In this document: piece by piece, positions 53,776-64,000 of the stretch
Position numbering within the stretch: the first letter of the stretch is position 1
Layout: the number at the start of each line of letters is the position of its first letter
From: an uncultured virus (IMG/VR IMGVR_UViG_3300035670_000050)
Taxonomy: Duplodnaviria > Heunggongvirae > Uroviricota > Caudoviricetes
Length of the DNA stretch: 64,000 bases
IMG/VR virus record: IMGVR_UViG_3300035670_000050
Coordinates: 1 to 64,000 of that record
Direction: 5' to 3' (one strand)
Made by a program: the position numbers and the translations under genes
The notes under the pieces: model-generated
Database searches by the model: none
What the model saw: only the letters and a program-made list of their open reading frames with translations
What the model was told of the DNA's origin: nothing

Positions 53776-55971
53776 ATGAATAAGCTTATATCTGGAAAAG
53801 AGCAAACACTTGGCCAAGGAATAGTAGTTCCTGTTCCTATACAACTAGACCCAGAACCATATATTGGTTCACTAGTTTATGGTAGTGATGGAGAATTGTG
53901 GTATTCAGATGGTACTGCATGGTTATTAATTAGGGGACTATCTGGTTACTCAGGATTCTCTGGTCCATCAGGTTACTCTGGTTATTCAGGTATATCTGGT
54001 TATTCAGGTTACTCTGGTTCAGGTGTATCAGGTTATTCTGGATTTTCTGGCACTTCTGGTTATTCTGGATGGTCTGGAATTTCTGGATGGTCTGGTGAAT
54101 CTGGTACTTCTGGTTTTTCTGGATTTTCTGGTGAGTCTGGGTTTTCTGGCGAATCTGGATACTCAGGACTTTCTGGGTATTCTGGTTACTCTGGTCAATC
54201 AGGTTATTCTGGTTACTCTGGTTCTGGTATATCCGGTTATTCAGGATACTCTGGTTATCCAGGACCAGGATTAGAACTTGCTGGTGTAGTTGATCTCTAT
54301 ACAGATTTAGCATCAGAAACACCTAATACTGGTGATGTATATTATGTACTAGACACTAATCTATTATATTTTTGGGATGGTTCAAATTGGATAGAACTTG
54401 GTGATTTTGCTGGAGTTTCTGGAGTATCAGGTTACTCAGGTTATTCTGGCATCTCCGGTTATTCAGGTTTCTCTGGATATTCTGGAGATTCTGGTTATTC
54501 TGGTTACTCAGGTATTTCTGGTTATTCTGGAGATTTACCTGGCACATCTGGTTATTCAGGTCTTTCTGGTTACTCAGGGTATTCCGGCCTTTCTGGTTAT
54601 TCTGGACATTCTGGTAAATCTGGTTTCTCTGGAGTTTCTGGTTGGTCTGGCCCATCTGGCTATTCTGGATACTCTGGTATTTCTGGATGGTCTGGAGAAA
54701 ATCCTGGTGCATCTGGTTATTCTGGTCTATCAGGTTATTCTGGAATTTCTGGTTACTCTGGCTATTCTGCAATCAATGGTGTACCAAGTGGTCTGTATAT
54801 ACTCTCAAGTTTACTCGATACCAATGGTGGAACACCACTTGGAAGTGCAGATTTTTCAACAAACAATTTAGGGTTTGTTGGAACAACAACAATTAAATTA
54901 GATAATTTAGATCACTCTTCACTTTTTGACTATAACAATTTATTACAATATTATGTTGGTAAAACAACAAATATAATAGTATACGAAACAACAGAGTCTA
55001 ATGAAAGATATAGTGCAATCTATTCGAATTATGTATTATATGAAGTAACAAACATGACCAACGAAGGAGGTTATTTTGAGCTGACAGTTAATATGCTTGC
55101 AAAATCTCCAACTTTAGGAACGAATTGGTCTGGAACAATATATGGATTTTCTTTTGCAACAATAGGAACATCTGGTTATTCTGGCACTTCAGGATTCTCT
55201 GGATATTCTGCTGTTTCTCCTGGGCCATCAGGTTATTCTGGAATCTCTGGTTATTCTGGCATATCAGGATACTCTGGTTATTCTGGTAGATCAGGATGGT
55301 CTGGCGTCTCGGGACTTTCTGGTTACTCTGGTTATTCTGGCACATCTGGTTACTCTGGTAATTTACCAGGTCCTTCAGGTTATTCTGGAACTTCTGGTTA
55401 TTCTGGTAAATCTGGAACATCTGGATTTTCTGGATGGTCTGGATCAGGAGCTGAAGGCACATCAGGGTACTCGGGGTACTCTGGTTACTCTAGTTTTTCT
55501 GGCTACTCTGGCATTTCTGGATGGTCTGGTGCTTCTGGCACATCAGTTGATCTAAGAACTGCTAGTGATACATTATCTGGTGCATTTAGATATAATGGTT
55601 CAACAAAACAAAATGGTGCTTTATACAATGGAACAGCAGCTCCATCAAATTCAACTCGTCTAAATTATGATGGCAATTTACATGCCACTGAGTTTCATGC
55701 TTTAAATTTTAATAGTTTATCTGATGTTAGTTTGAAGTACAATTTCAATAATATAGATAATGCTTTAGATGTCTTAGATAAAATAAATCCATTTAGTTTT
55801 AATTGGAAAACAAACGATGAGAAATCTTTTGGATTTATAGCACAACAAATAGAAGAAGTGTTACCCGAAATTGTTAAAACATCTGGAGATTTGAAATCAG
55901 TATCTTATGTGCAATTAATCCCAATCTTAGTTCAGGCAATAAAAGAACTGAAAAAAGAAATTAAAAAATGA
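53776..55971 (+). CDS. collagen-like (Ser-Gly-X)n fibre with C-terminal intramolecular chaperone (peptidase S74-like)
   Basis: Three long SGY/SGF/SGW triplet blocks; SD..LK.N...F.WK...GFIAQ..E..LPE.V. Confidence 0.8.
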   Translation: MNKLISGKEQTLGQGIVVPVPIQLDPEPYIGSLVYGSDGELWYSDGTAWLLIRGLSGYSGFSGPSGYSGYSGISGYSGYSGSGVSGYSGFSGTSGYSGWSGISGWSGESGTSGFSGFSGESGFSGESGYSGLSGYSGYSGQSGYSGYSGSGISGYSGYSGYPGPGLELAGVVDLYTDLASETPNTGDVYYVLDTNLLYFWDGSNWIELGDFAGVSGVSGYSGYSGISGYSGFSGYSGDSGYSGYSGISGYSGDLPGTSGYSGLSGYSGYSGLSGYSGHSGKSGFSGVSGWSGPSGYSGYSGISGWSGENPGASGYSGLSGYSGISGYSGYSAINGVPSGLYILSSLLDTNGGTPLGSADFSTNNLGFVGTTTIKLDNLDHSSLFDYNNLLQYYVGKTTNIIVYETTESNERYSAIYSNYVLYEVTNMTNEGGYFELTVNMLAKSPTLGTNWSGTIYGFSFATIGTSGYSGTSGFSGYSAVSPGPSGYSGISGYSGISGYSGYSGRSGWSGVSGLSGYSGYSGTSGYSGNLPGPSGYSGTSGYSGKSGTSGFSGWSGSGAEGTSGYSGYSGYSSFSGYSGISGWSGASGTSVDLRTASDTLSGAFRYNGSTKQNGALYNGTAAPSNSTRLNYDGNLHATEFHALNFNSLSDVSLKYNFNNIDNALDVLDKINPFSFNWKTNDEKSFGFIAQQIEEVLPEIVKTSGDLKSVSYVQLIPILVQAIKELKKEIKK

Positions 55972-57575
55972 CAACAAGTTACACTTCATATAAAACAAAA
56001 GTATTAACAGCTAAAGCATTTAGAGACTCTTTCAAAGAGTCTGCTTTAAAATCTATTGGTTATATGTACATTGGAAAGACTACAGAATTTACAAACAATG
56101 ATACACCTGTTGATATGGTAGATTTACCACCAGATGAAAGAAACAACTGGCAAAATATGGTTGGGGCCAAAAGAGTATCTCCAAAAGATATAGAATTTGT
56201 AATACCAAGAGTTCTTTGGCAACCAAATACTAGATATAAACAATATGATGACACTCTTCCATTGGAAGATTTAACAAGTATCTCTATCATTGACGGTGAA
56301 ACTGTTTATCCAATGTATGCTATGACATCTGAAGGTAATGTCTACAAGTGTCTTTGTAATAATGTTTCTACTTTATCTCAAGTAGAACCTACTGGCAACT
56401 ATGTAGAAAATTCTGGTTTCATACAAACAGAATTTAGTGACGAAAATGGTTATCTTTGGAAGTACATGTATAACATAAAATTTTCAAATAAATTTTTGAC
56501 TCCAGATTGGATGCCAGTTCCATATATTCAACCAAGTACAAACTACACAGATTATAATTACAACACTCAAAATTTACTAGACGGAACTTTAAACAAAATA
56601 GTTGTAGAAAACGGTGGGTTAGATTATTATCATCCAACAGTAAATGTTGCACCATTTGTGGCTGGAGTTAAAGAGTTAGATATTACAGATGATATAGATG
56701 TTTCTACTAGCCCGTTCATAGCAGTTAATATGGCGGTTTCTGGAAATGGAATTTTTGCAAATGATACACATATAACTACTATTAGTTCTTCTCAACCCAA
56801 AAAGTTGTATCTTTCAAGACCAACAATAGGTTCAGGTGGTGGAAATGTAGTAGGAAATATAATTACATTATCAACAAGAGTTGTTGTTGACGGTGATGGA
56901 ACTAATACAATAACTTCTGTTCGTTTAAATAATCAAAATGAAATTAATAAAATAGATATTATAAATGCTGGAATAAATTATACTAGAGCTAATGTTACGA
57001 TATATGGTTGTGGTACTGGTGCTGAAGCAAGAGCAATCTTACCACCAAAATATGGTCATGGTCATAACCCTGCTATGGAACTTGGTGCAACAAACATTAT
57101 GATCATAAGTAGGGTTGGAGAAATAGATTCTACAGAAAGTGGTAAAATACCAGATGATATATTTTTTAGGCAATATGGTCTTCTTATAAATCCCCATAAA
57201 TATGGTGAAGTAGATAGAGTAACAGAATTGACAGCTCCAAACTCAGTAAGTTTGACTTTAAATTTAGAATTGTTGGGAACTTCTAATTTTGTAGTTGGTG
57301 AGATGGTGTATCAAGGAAATATAAATGATCCAACATTTGTTGGTTATGTTGTTTCTCAAGAAATAAATGTAGTTAGATTAAATAATGTATATAAAACTCC
57401 AGACACAAATGCATTGTTGAGAGGCTTAGAATCTGGTAGACAATATAGAATTTTAGAAGTTATAAATCCTGATTTACAACCTTTTTCTGGACATATTTTA
57501 TATGCTAGAAATTTTAATAAGATTCAGAGATCGCAGGCACAAGCAGAAGAAGTCAAATTAGTATTTCAATTTTAA
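55968..57575 (+). CDS. 8: baseplate wedge gp8
   Basis: VIPR..W.....Y..YDD...VYKCL.N...P.......GY.WKYMY; PKYGHG.N...ELGA. Confidence 0.85.
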   Translation: MTTSYTSYKTKVLTAKAFRDSFKESALKSIGYMYIGKTTEFTNNDTPVDMVDLPPDERNNWQNMVGAKRVSPKDIEFVIPRVLWQPNTRYKQYDDTLPLEDLTSISIIDGETVYPMYAMTSEGNVYKCLCNNVSTLSQVEPTGNYVENSGFIQTEFSDENGYLWKYMYNIKFSNKFLTPDWMPVPYIQPSTNYTDYNYNTQNLLDGTLNKIVVENGGLDYYHPTVNVAPFVAGVKELDITDDIDVSTSPFIAVNMAVSGNGIFANDTHITTISSSQPKKLYLSRPTIGSGGGNVVGNIITLSTRVVVDGDGTNTITSVRLNNQNEINKIDIINAGINYTRANVTIYGCGTGAEARAILPPKYGHGHNPAMELGATNIMIISRVGEIDSTESGKIPDDIFFRQYGLLINPHKYGEVDRVTELTAPNSVSLTLNLELLGTSNFVVGEMVYQGNINDPTFVGYVVSQEINVVRLNNVYKTPDTNALLRGLESGRQYRILEVINPDLQPFSGHILYARNFNKIQRSQAQAEEVKLVFQF

Positions 57576-57584
57576 GGTTAATAA

Positions 57585-60500
57585 ATGTTAGACAAATATA
57601 ATATAAATCCATATTTTGACGATTACAATGAAGATAAAAACTTCTATCGTATGTTGTTTAAACCATCTTTTGCTGTTCAGGCAAGAGAATTAACTCAAAT
57701 ACAATCCATATTACAAAAACAAGTTGAAAGATTTGGTAATCATGTTTTCAAAAATGGTTCACTTGTTACTGGCGGTCAAACATTTTTCCAAGATGCAACA
57801 TCATTAAAAATTAATTCTGAGTATTCTGGTGCCACAGTTATTGTTGACAATTTTGTTGGCAAAACTATTACTTCTTTAGACGCTACAAAAAGAGCAGAAG
57901 TTATTAGAGTATATGAAGCAGATCAGGGTACTGGTGATCCAAAAACTTTTATTATAAAACAAATTTATGGTGAACCATTTACTAATGAAGAAGTTGTAAA
58001 AACAACAGATGCTAGTCCATACTTTGCACAAATATTTGCTACTGGTGGTATAAACGAAGCTAAAATATTTTCTGTTAATGAAGGTGTTTTTTATTATGAG
58101 GGTTTGTTTGTTAAAACATTACCACAAACTATAGCATTATCAAAGTATACTTCTGCTAATGTTTCTCTTCGTGTAGGATTTGATGTTGTAGAGAGTGTTG
58201 TTTCTTCAAGCTCTGATACATCATTATTAGACCCTGCTTTAGGTTCTTCTAATTATCAAGCACCAGGTGCAGATAGAGTAAAAGTAGATTTAATACTAAA
58301 CACCAGATCAATTGATTCTGAAGACGATGAGTTGTTTATTGAATTAGTTCGTATTGAAGAATCCGACATTACAAAAGAATACAAATATCCAATTTATTCT
58401 GTATTAGAAGAATCATTAGCCAGAAGAACATTCGATGAGTCTGGTAACTATACAGTAAAACAGTTTCAAATATCTTTAGACAATAATGAAGCAAATTCTG
58501 CACAATTAGATATTACATTGTCTCCAGGTAAAGCATATGTTTATGGCTATGAATTTGAAACAAATTCTCCAACTACTTTAACAGTTGACAAGCCAAGAAT
58601 CACAAGTAACACACAAAATAGAAGAATTTCTGCTGAATATGGTAATTTTATTTACACAACAGAACACTATGGTTCATTTCCAATTTATAATTTAGATACT
58701 GTAGATGTGCATTGTGTTCCTTTAGCAAATATTAAAACATCAAGTACTGCAACCATAGCAAACACTAAAATTGGAACTGTAAGAGTTAAATCTGTAGAGT
58801 TTGATTCTTCTACTGATATCTCAGATTCTTCAACATATACATATAGAACTTTTGTTTTTGATGTAAAAATTAACAATCGTATTTCTGGAAATGTGAATCT
58901 TGATAATGTTAGTACTAGTACCGAACTTGGATTGGGAGCCAGTGGTTCAAATTATTCAGATTACAGTGGTGCATATGTTGGCGCTAAATTCAGAATTATT
59001 ACTGGTCCAGGAAGTGGTGAACCAGTAAAAACCATTGTTGATTATAATGGTGCTACTAAAGTGGTAACTTTAAATCAACCTTTCATTAATACACCAACAT
59101 CATCTTCTGTTTGGAATATTGAATTTGAAATTAAAGATATTGGTTCTTTTGCTTCATTTTCTAGTACCACATTAGAACACGGTGCTAATATTAGTAATTT
59201 TTCAAAAGACTTTGCTGAAAATGTTTTTATTTCTGAAGCTGAAAATGAACCATTAATTTATCCATTAGGTCAAAGTTATATAACGCCAAGTACTTTCTCT
59301 GACATGTCTTATTCATATAAGAGAATGTATTTGAATCAGAGTTTTTCTGCAAACACATCTTCTGCTATATCTTTAGGTGCAGGTGAAAGTATACCTTCTG
59401 CGACAACATCAAATAGAAGATCAGAAAATTATTATATAACGGTAAAACAACCCAATGATTCAACGTATGCTGTTGGTCAAGTCATTCCATCAGATAAATT
59501 TACAGTAGATCCAACAACAAGAAGAATTACTGTTGAAGATGCTTTTAATATGGAAGCTGATATCACAGTAACAATAAATGTATCTAATCCAACACGAAAA
59601 GCAAAAGAGTATGTTGAGACAAATGTGAATACAATTGGCACTACAAGTCCTGTAAATGTATTTGGTTCTTCAAATACTATAGTTCAAGTTTTTACAGATT
59701 TAGGTCAGACACATATTCAACAAGATTATCTAATTAAAAATCCAAATGAATCTCAATCTTTGTTTGTGTCAGATGTTTTAGAAATAGTAGAGATTAGAGA
59801 TTTTCTTGGGCAATCTATTAGTCAAGCTAATTTGGCATCGTCAGTTGATGTAACTACAAAATACACATTAGACAATGGTCAAAGAGATTCTTATTATGAT
59901 CATGCTTCTATTCGTTTAAAACCTTCAGCACGACCACCAGTTGGGCCAATAGTTGTTTTCTATAATAGATTTAAATCTTCTGGTTCTGGTTTCTTTACTG
60001 TAGACTCTTACAATGAAATTGATTATGGTAGAATACCTTCTTATGTATCTCCAAGAACAAATAATGCATTTCTATTAAGAGACTGTTTAGACTTTAGACC
60101 TGTTCGTTTTGATGCAATTACTGGTTCTGGTAATAATGTGTTTTTTGATGTTGAACCAAGTTCTACTGGTCCAAAAATTCCATTCACAAACGATGATTTC
60201 ATAGTAGACTATTCATACTTTTTACCAAGAATAGACAGAGTTGTTTTAGATAAAAACAAAAAATTTGAAGTGATACAAGGTGTTTCATCTCTTTCTCCAG
60301 CTGTACCAAATGATACTGATACATCAATGACTTTGTATATTTTGAGATATCAACCTTATGTTTCTAATCCATCACAAGTACAAGTTCAATATGTAAATAA
60401 TAAACGATATACTATGCGTGATATTGGTTCTCTAGAAAAACGAATAGAGAATTTAGAGTATTATACTTCATTGTCATTATTAGAACAAGAAACTGTAACA

Positions 60501-63500
60501 AAACAAGACTTAACAATTATTGATTCTGAAAATATTCCTAGATTTAAAAATGGTATATTAGTTGACCCATTTACTGGCTCTTCTGTTGCTGATGTTACAG
60601 ATATAGATTATAAAGCATCTATTGATGGTAGAAATAAAGAATTAAGACCATCTTTCAAAATTTATAATTACTCTTTAAAATTTGATACTGCTAATTCTAC
60701 TGGTTATTTACAAAATGGTGCTTTAGTTACATCTCAAGCTTCAAGTGTAATATTAATAGACCAACCTAAAGCTTCTAGATTCATTAATGTCAATCCATTC
60801 AACATTACTAATTTCTTAGGTAAAATTACTTTAAATCCTTCTAGTGACATTTGGTATGATATAAATCAAAAAGCAGATGTATTAGTCAATTTGACTGGTG
60901 ACAGAGATGCTTGGGAATTACTTGCTGCATCTGCAAACGAACTTCTTGCTTCAGAAGCAGATTGGGGTAGTTGGCAAGTTATTGGTACTGGTGAAGCAAG
61001 AAATGGTAGTTTTGATGTACAAAATAATAGATCAGCAGATTGGCAAAATCTAAATGCTGGTGTTGGTGGAGCAAACGATATTGTTCGTCATACTACTCAA
61101 ACAGTAGATCAGAGCCAACGCAGATTTGGTACAGCAAATCAAATTATCCCAGAGACAATAACTCAATCTTTAGGTAATAGAATTGTAGATTCTACGATCA
61201 TACCTTACATGAGAAGTAAAAATATTCTTTTCATTGGAACAGATTTTAAACCAAATTCTACAGTTTATCCATTCTTTGATAATATTTCAGTTAGAGAAAA
61301 TGTTGGTAATCGTACTAATAAATTTTTCTTGAATACCAATAATGTTGAATTGAGAGTAAACTTAGATGACCCAGAAACAATAACAATTAAAGATGGCTCT
61401 ACAGTAGTTGGTACTGCTTTTGTTGTACATGCATCTAATAATATAATTTATGTAACTAATGTTGTTCCAACACAATCATTTACCAACTCTAGCACATCAT
61501 TCACAATTGAAGGTCAAAGCACTGGTAAAATTTATCAAGTTACTGGTTACGAACATAACGGAGCTGCATCTCAAGGTGCTACATCTAATTCTATTACACT
61601 TAGACAAGATGCTGCTGGAGCTATTAATTCTAGTACATTTGTTGGTAAAGAAATACGAATTGTACAAGGAACTGGAGTAGGACAAGTACGAACAATAACA
61701 AATTATAACTCAACCACTAGAGTTGCAACAGTAAATTCAAATTGGACAACTTTACCATATAACTCTGATCCTAATAATCCATCAATTTATTCTATTGGTG
61801 ATATGAAAGTTGACGCTTATGGTTCTGTTGCCGGAATATTTACAATTCCAGAAGGTAAATTTAGAACTGGTGAGAAACTGTTCAGATTAATGGATAGTCC
61901 AAGTGGTGATTTGTCATCATCTTCTACAAGTGGAGATGCATCATTTTTTGCTCAAGGTCAATTAAATACTGTAGAAGAAACGATTGTTTCTACTAGAGTA
62001 CCACAAATTCAAAGAACTAATGTACAAGATGATAGAGTTGTGCCAGTAACAACAACTACTAGTCGTGCAGTTGTATGGACAGACCCATTAGCACAAACTT
62101 TCTTAGTGAGTCCAGTTCAATTTCCACAGGGAATTTTCTTGAATAAAATTCGTGTTTGCTTTAAATCAAAAGATGATAGTATCCCAGTAACATTACAAAT
62201 AAGACCTGCTGTAAATGGATATCCATCAAGCTCTGTTATATATCCATTTGGAACAGTAACATTGACTCCAGATAAAGTTAAAGTTACTGACACACCAAGT
62301 TTAGATGATCCAACAAAATACACAGATTTTATTTTCAATTCACCACTATACATGCAACCTGGTGAACACTGCTTTGTTCTTTTGGCAAATTCTAACAAGT
62401 ATGAAATTTATAGTGCTGAGATTGGTAAAACAGATTTAACAACAAATCGTTTAATATCTGAACAACCATATGGTGGTTCACTATTCTTATCTCAGAATGG
62501 TTCAACATGGACAGCAGATCAAAACTCTGATATGATGTTTAGACTGTTTAGATATACTTTCTCTACAAGTCCAGTAAACGCACAATTCTTAGTAGATTTT
62601 CCAGAAACATCAGCCGTTCCTTACGATCTCACGCATTTGATTACCGCAGATGTCACAATGGGTAATACAGCATTAAAGTATGAGTTTAACTCCGAAACAT
62701 TAACTGGTGATTATGTTGGCTACAAAGCAATCAATCCATTCAGTGATTATGATATGAATGATGGTGGTGGAACTAGACAATTATCTGTAGAAAAAGGTGA
62801 TGCATCATTTATATTAAGTGCTCAATTACAATCATCAAACCCAGACATTTCTCCTTTTATTGATATTTCTAGAATGGGTTTCTTGGCAGTACACAATCAA
62901 ATTAATGATTTAGGGCTGTCAAATAATAACATCGTCATATTAAATGGTGGTACTGGCATAGTTGGTCCTGAAGATGTTACTATAACAATTAGTGGTGGAA
63001 ATGGTAGTGGTGCAACCGCTGAAGCAAATGTTGTTAATGGTTCAATAGATGCAATTAATATTGTTGATGCTGGTTCTGGTTACACTACAACACCAACGAT
63101 AAACATATCTTTGGCCAGTGGTTCTGGTGCTCAAGCAATAATTTTAGGTGAAACAAGTAAACGAGGTGGGCCAGCAAAAGCAAGATACATAACTAGAAGA
63201 GTCACACTAAACGATGGATTTGATTCCAGTGACTTGCGTGTTTATCTCAATGTGTATAAACCGGCACAGTCTGAAGTATATGTTTATGCTAAAATGTTGT
63301 CTGCATCTGACCCAAGTATTTTTGAAGATGTAGAATGGCAATTAATGACCCCAATTACAAGTACAAACTTTGTATCAACTAATAAGAATGATTTTAGAGA
63401 AATGATTTATGCTCCAGGTACAAATGGTGTTGCAAGTAATTCAATAACATACACTTCAAACAACATTACATACAATACATTTAAAACTTTTGCAATTAAG

Positions 63501-63578
63501 ATTGTTATGGCAAGTAATGATTCTGTAAATGTGCCAAGAATTAAAGAACTTCGTGCAATCGCATTACCTGGAGGTTAA
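57585..63578 (+). CDS. VrlC-like/DUF4815 large virion protein
   Basis: PYFDDY..DKNFYR.LF.P..AVQARELTQ.Q; RYTMRDIG.LE.RI.NLEYYT; DPLAQTF. Confidence 0.85.
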   Translation: MLDKYNINPYFDDYNEDKNFYRMLFKPSFAVQARELTQIQSILQKQVERFGNHVFKNGSLVTGGQTFFQDATSLKINSEYSGATVIVDNFVGKTITSLDATKRAEVIRVYEADQGTGDPKTFIIKQIYGEPFTNEEVVKTTDASPYFAQIFATGGINEAKIFSVNEGVFYYEGLFVKTLPQTIALSKYTSANVSLRVGFDVVESVVSSSSDTSLLDPALGSSNYQAPGADRVKVDLILNTRSIDSEDDELFIELVRIEESDITKEYKYPIYSVLEESLARRTFDESGNYTVKQFQISLDNNEANSAQLDITLSPGKAYVYGYEFETNSPTTLTVDKPRITSNTQNRRISAEYGNFIYTTEHYGSFPIYNLDTVDVHCVPLANIKTSSTATIANTKIGTVRVKSVEFDSSTDISDSSTYTYRTFVFDVKINNRISGNVNLDNVSTSTELGLGASGSNYSDYSGAYVGAKFRIITGPGSGEPVKTIVDYNGATKVVTLNQPFINTPTSSSVWNIEFEIKDIGSFASFSSTTLEHGANISNFSKDFAENVFISEAENEPLIYPLGQSYITPSTFSDMSYSYKRMYLNQSFSANTSSAISLGAGESIPSATTSNRRSENYYITVKQPNDSTYAVGQVIPSDKFTVDPTTRRITVEDAFNMEADITVTINVSNPTRKAKEYVETNVNTIGTTSPVNVFGSSNTIVQVFTDLGQTHIQQDYLIKNPNESQSLFVSDVLEIVEIRDFLGQSISQANLASSVDVTTKYTLDNGQRDSYYDHASIRLKPSARPPVGPIVVFYNRFKSSGSGFFTVDSYNEIDYGRIPSYVSPRTNNAFLLRDCLDFRPVRFDAITGSGNNVFFDVEPSSTGPKIPFTNDDFIVDYSYFLPRIDRVVLDKNKKFEVIQGVSSLSPAVPNDTDTSMTLYILRYQPYVSNPSQVQVQYVNNKRYTMRDIGSLEKRIENLEYYTSLSLLEQETVTKQDLTIIDSENIPRFKNGILVDPFTGSSVADVTDIDYKASIDGRNKELRPSFKIYNYSLKFDTANSTGYLQNGALVTSQASSVILIDQPKASRFINVNPFNITNFLGKITLNPSSDIWYDINQKADVLVNLTGDRDAWELLAASANELLASEADWGSWQVIGTGEARNGSFDVQNNRSADWQNLNAGVGGANDIVRHTTQTVDQSQRRFGTANQIIPETITQSLGNRIVDSTIIPYMRSKNILFIGTDFKPNSTVYPFFDNISVRENVGNRTNKFFLNTNNVELRVNLDDPETITIKDGSTVVGTAFVVHASNNIIYVTNVVPTQSFTNSSTSFTIEGQSTGKIYQVTGYEHNGAASQGATSNSITLRQDAAGAINSSTFVGKEIRIVQGTGVGQVRTITNYNSTTRVATVNSNWTTLPYNSDPNNPSIYSIGDMKVDAYGSVAGIFTIPEGKFRTGEKLFRLMDSPSGDLSSSSTSGDASFFAQGQLNTVEETIVSTRVPQIQRTNVQDDRVVPVTTTTSRAVVWTDPLAQTFLVSPVQFPQGIFLNKIRVCFKSKDDSIPVTLQIRPAVNGYPSSSVIYPFGTVTLTPDKVKVTDTPSLDDPTKYTDFIFNSPLYMQPGEHCFVLLANSNKYEIYSAEIGKTDLTTNRLISEQPYGGSLFLSQNGSTWTADQNSDMMFRLFRYTFSTSPVNAQFLVDFPETSAVPYDLTHLITADVTMGNTALKYEFNSETLTGDYVGYKAINPFSDYDMNDGGGTRQLSVEKGDASFILSAQLQSSNPDISPFIDISRMGFLAVHNQINDLGLSNNNIVILNGGTGIVGPEDVTITISGGNGSGATAEANVVNGSIDAINIVDAGSGYTTTPTINISLASGSGAQAIILGETSKRGGPAKARYITRRVTLNDGFDSSDLRVYLNVYKPAQSEVYVYAKMLSASDPSIFEDVEWQLMTPITSTNFVSTNKNDFREMIYAPGTNGVASNSITYTSNNITYNTFKTFAIKIVMASNDSVNVPRIKELRAIALPGG

Positions 63579-63580
63579 TC

Positions 63581-63823
63581 ATGTCAACTTTAGTGAAGAT
63601 AAAGGATAACAGAGGTTTAGTCAGAGATATTCATTCTAAGGCTGTTTTGAGTACAGATAAAAATGGGTTAAATGAATATCTTATGAAGAAAGAATTAAGT
63701 AGAAAACAAAACGAAGAAAAAGAAGAAATGAAATTAAGAATGGAACAGATGGAAAAAGATATGCAGATAATCAAATCTTTGTTATTAGATATCGCAGAGG
63801 TAAAAAATAATGCCAATAGTTAA
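63581..63823 (+). CDS. conserved hypothetical protein
   Basis: LVRD..S.A.L..D motif; coiled coil. Confidence 0.75.
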   Translation: MSTLVKIKDNRGLVRDIHSKAVLSTDKNGLNEYLMKKELSRKQNEEKEEMKLRMEQMEKDMQIIKSLLLDIAEVKNNANS

Positions 63824-64000
63824 TCAGATAAATACATCAAATACTTTTTTAGATTGGTTGACAACCACACAATCATTAGTAGACCTTGCGAACAATACTA
63901 TTTTTTATGTAGATACTGCTCCTACTAGTCCTGTTGGTACAACTGGAGATATTAAAGGTTCAGTTTATTTGGCAAATAATTATCTATATTATTGTTCAGA
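63810..64000 (+). CDS. virion/fibre protein, 5' part (truncated by window end)
   Basis: MPIVNQINTSNTFLDW... open to the end of the window. Confidence 0.6.
   Translation, partial: MPIVNQINTSNTFLDWLTTTQSLVDLANNTIFYVDTAPTSPVGTTGDIKGSVYLANNYLYYCS

Noticed and set aside
53930..55462. Alternative-frame and antisense ORFs over the SG-X repeats
   Set aside because: They are by-products of the periodic low-complexity coding sequence.

Overview
A 64-kb segment of a large T4-like (myovirus) phage genome. The host is probably a betaproteobacterium, inferred from the tmRNA tag ANDERFALAA. From left to right: (i) a cluster of eight TAGAGTCTCAT repeats and small early genes; (ii) a gp38-like adhesin with a tail chaperone; (iii) a ~4.5-kb array of 25 tRNA or tRNA-like genes interleaved with unexplained structured RNAs, plus one solo tRNA at 18.6 kb; (iv) an ADP-heptose and glycosyltransferase cassette; (v) holin-like genes, rnh, clpP, sigma70-driven early cassettes, heme oxygenase and a circularly permuted tmRNA; (vi) gp33/gp59/gp32; (vii) the baseplate and tail module (tape-measure-like gene, gp51, 26, 54, 2, 4, 48, 53, split gp5, 25, 6, 7, 8, VrlC-like). 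The strongest candidates for new biology are around the tRNA array. A 38-codon leader peptide with 19 of 20 amino acids is coupled to mutually exclusive terminator/antiterminator hairpins upstream of the tRNAs. rRNA-type boxA sites precede both tRNA blocks. Six ~17-bp inverted-repeat clamps, plus a related one in the tmRNA intervening sequence, enclose unrelated cargo RNAs. All calls come from reading the sequence by eye; no database searches were run.
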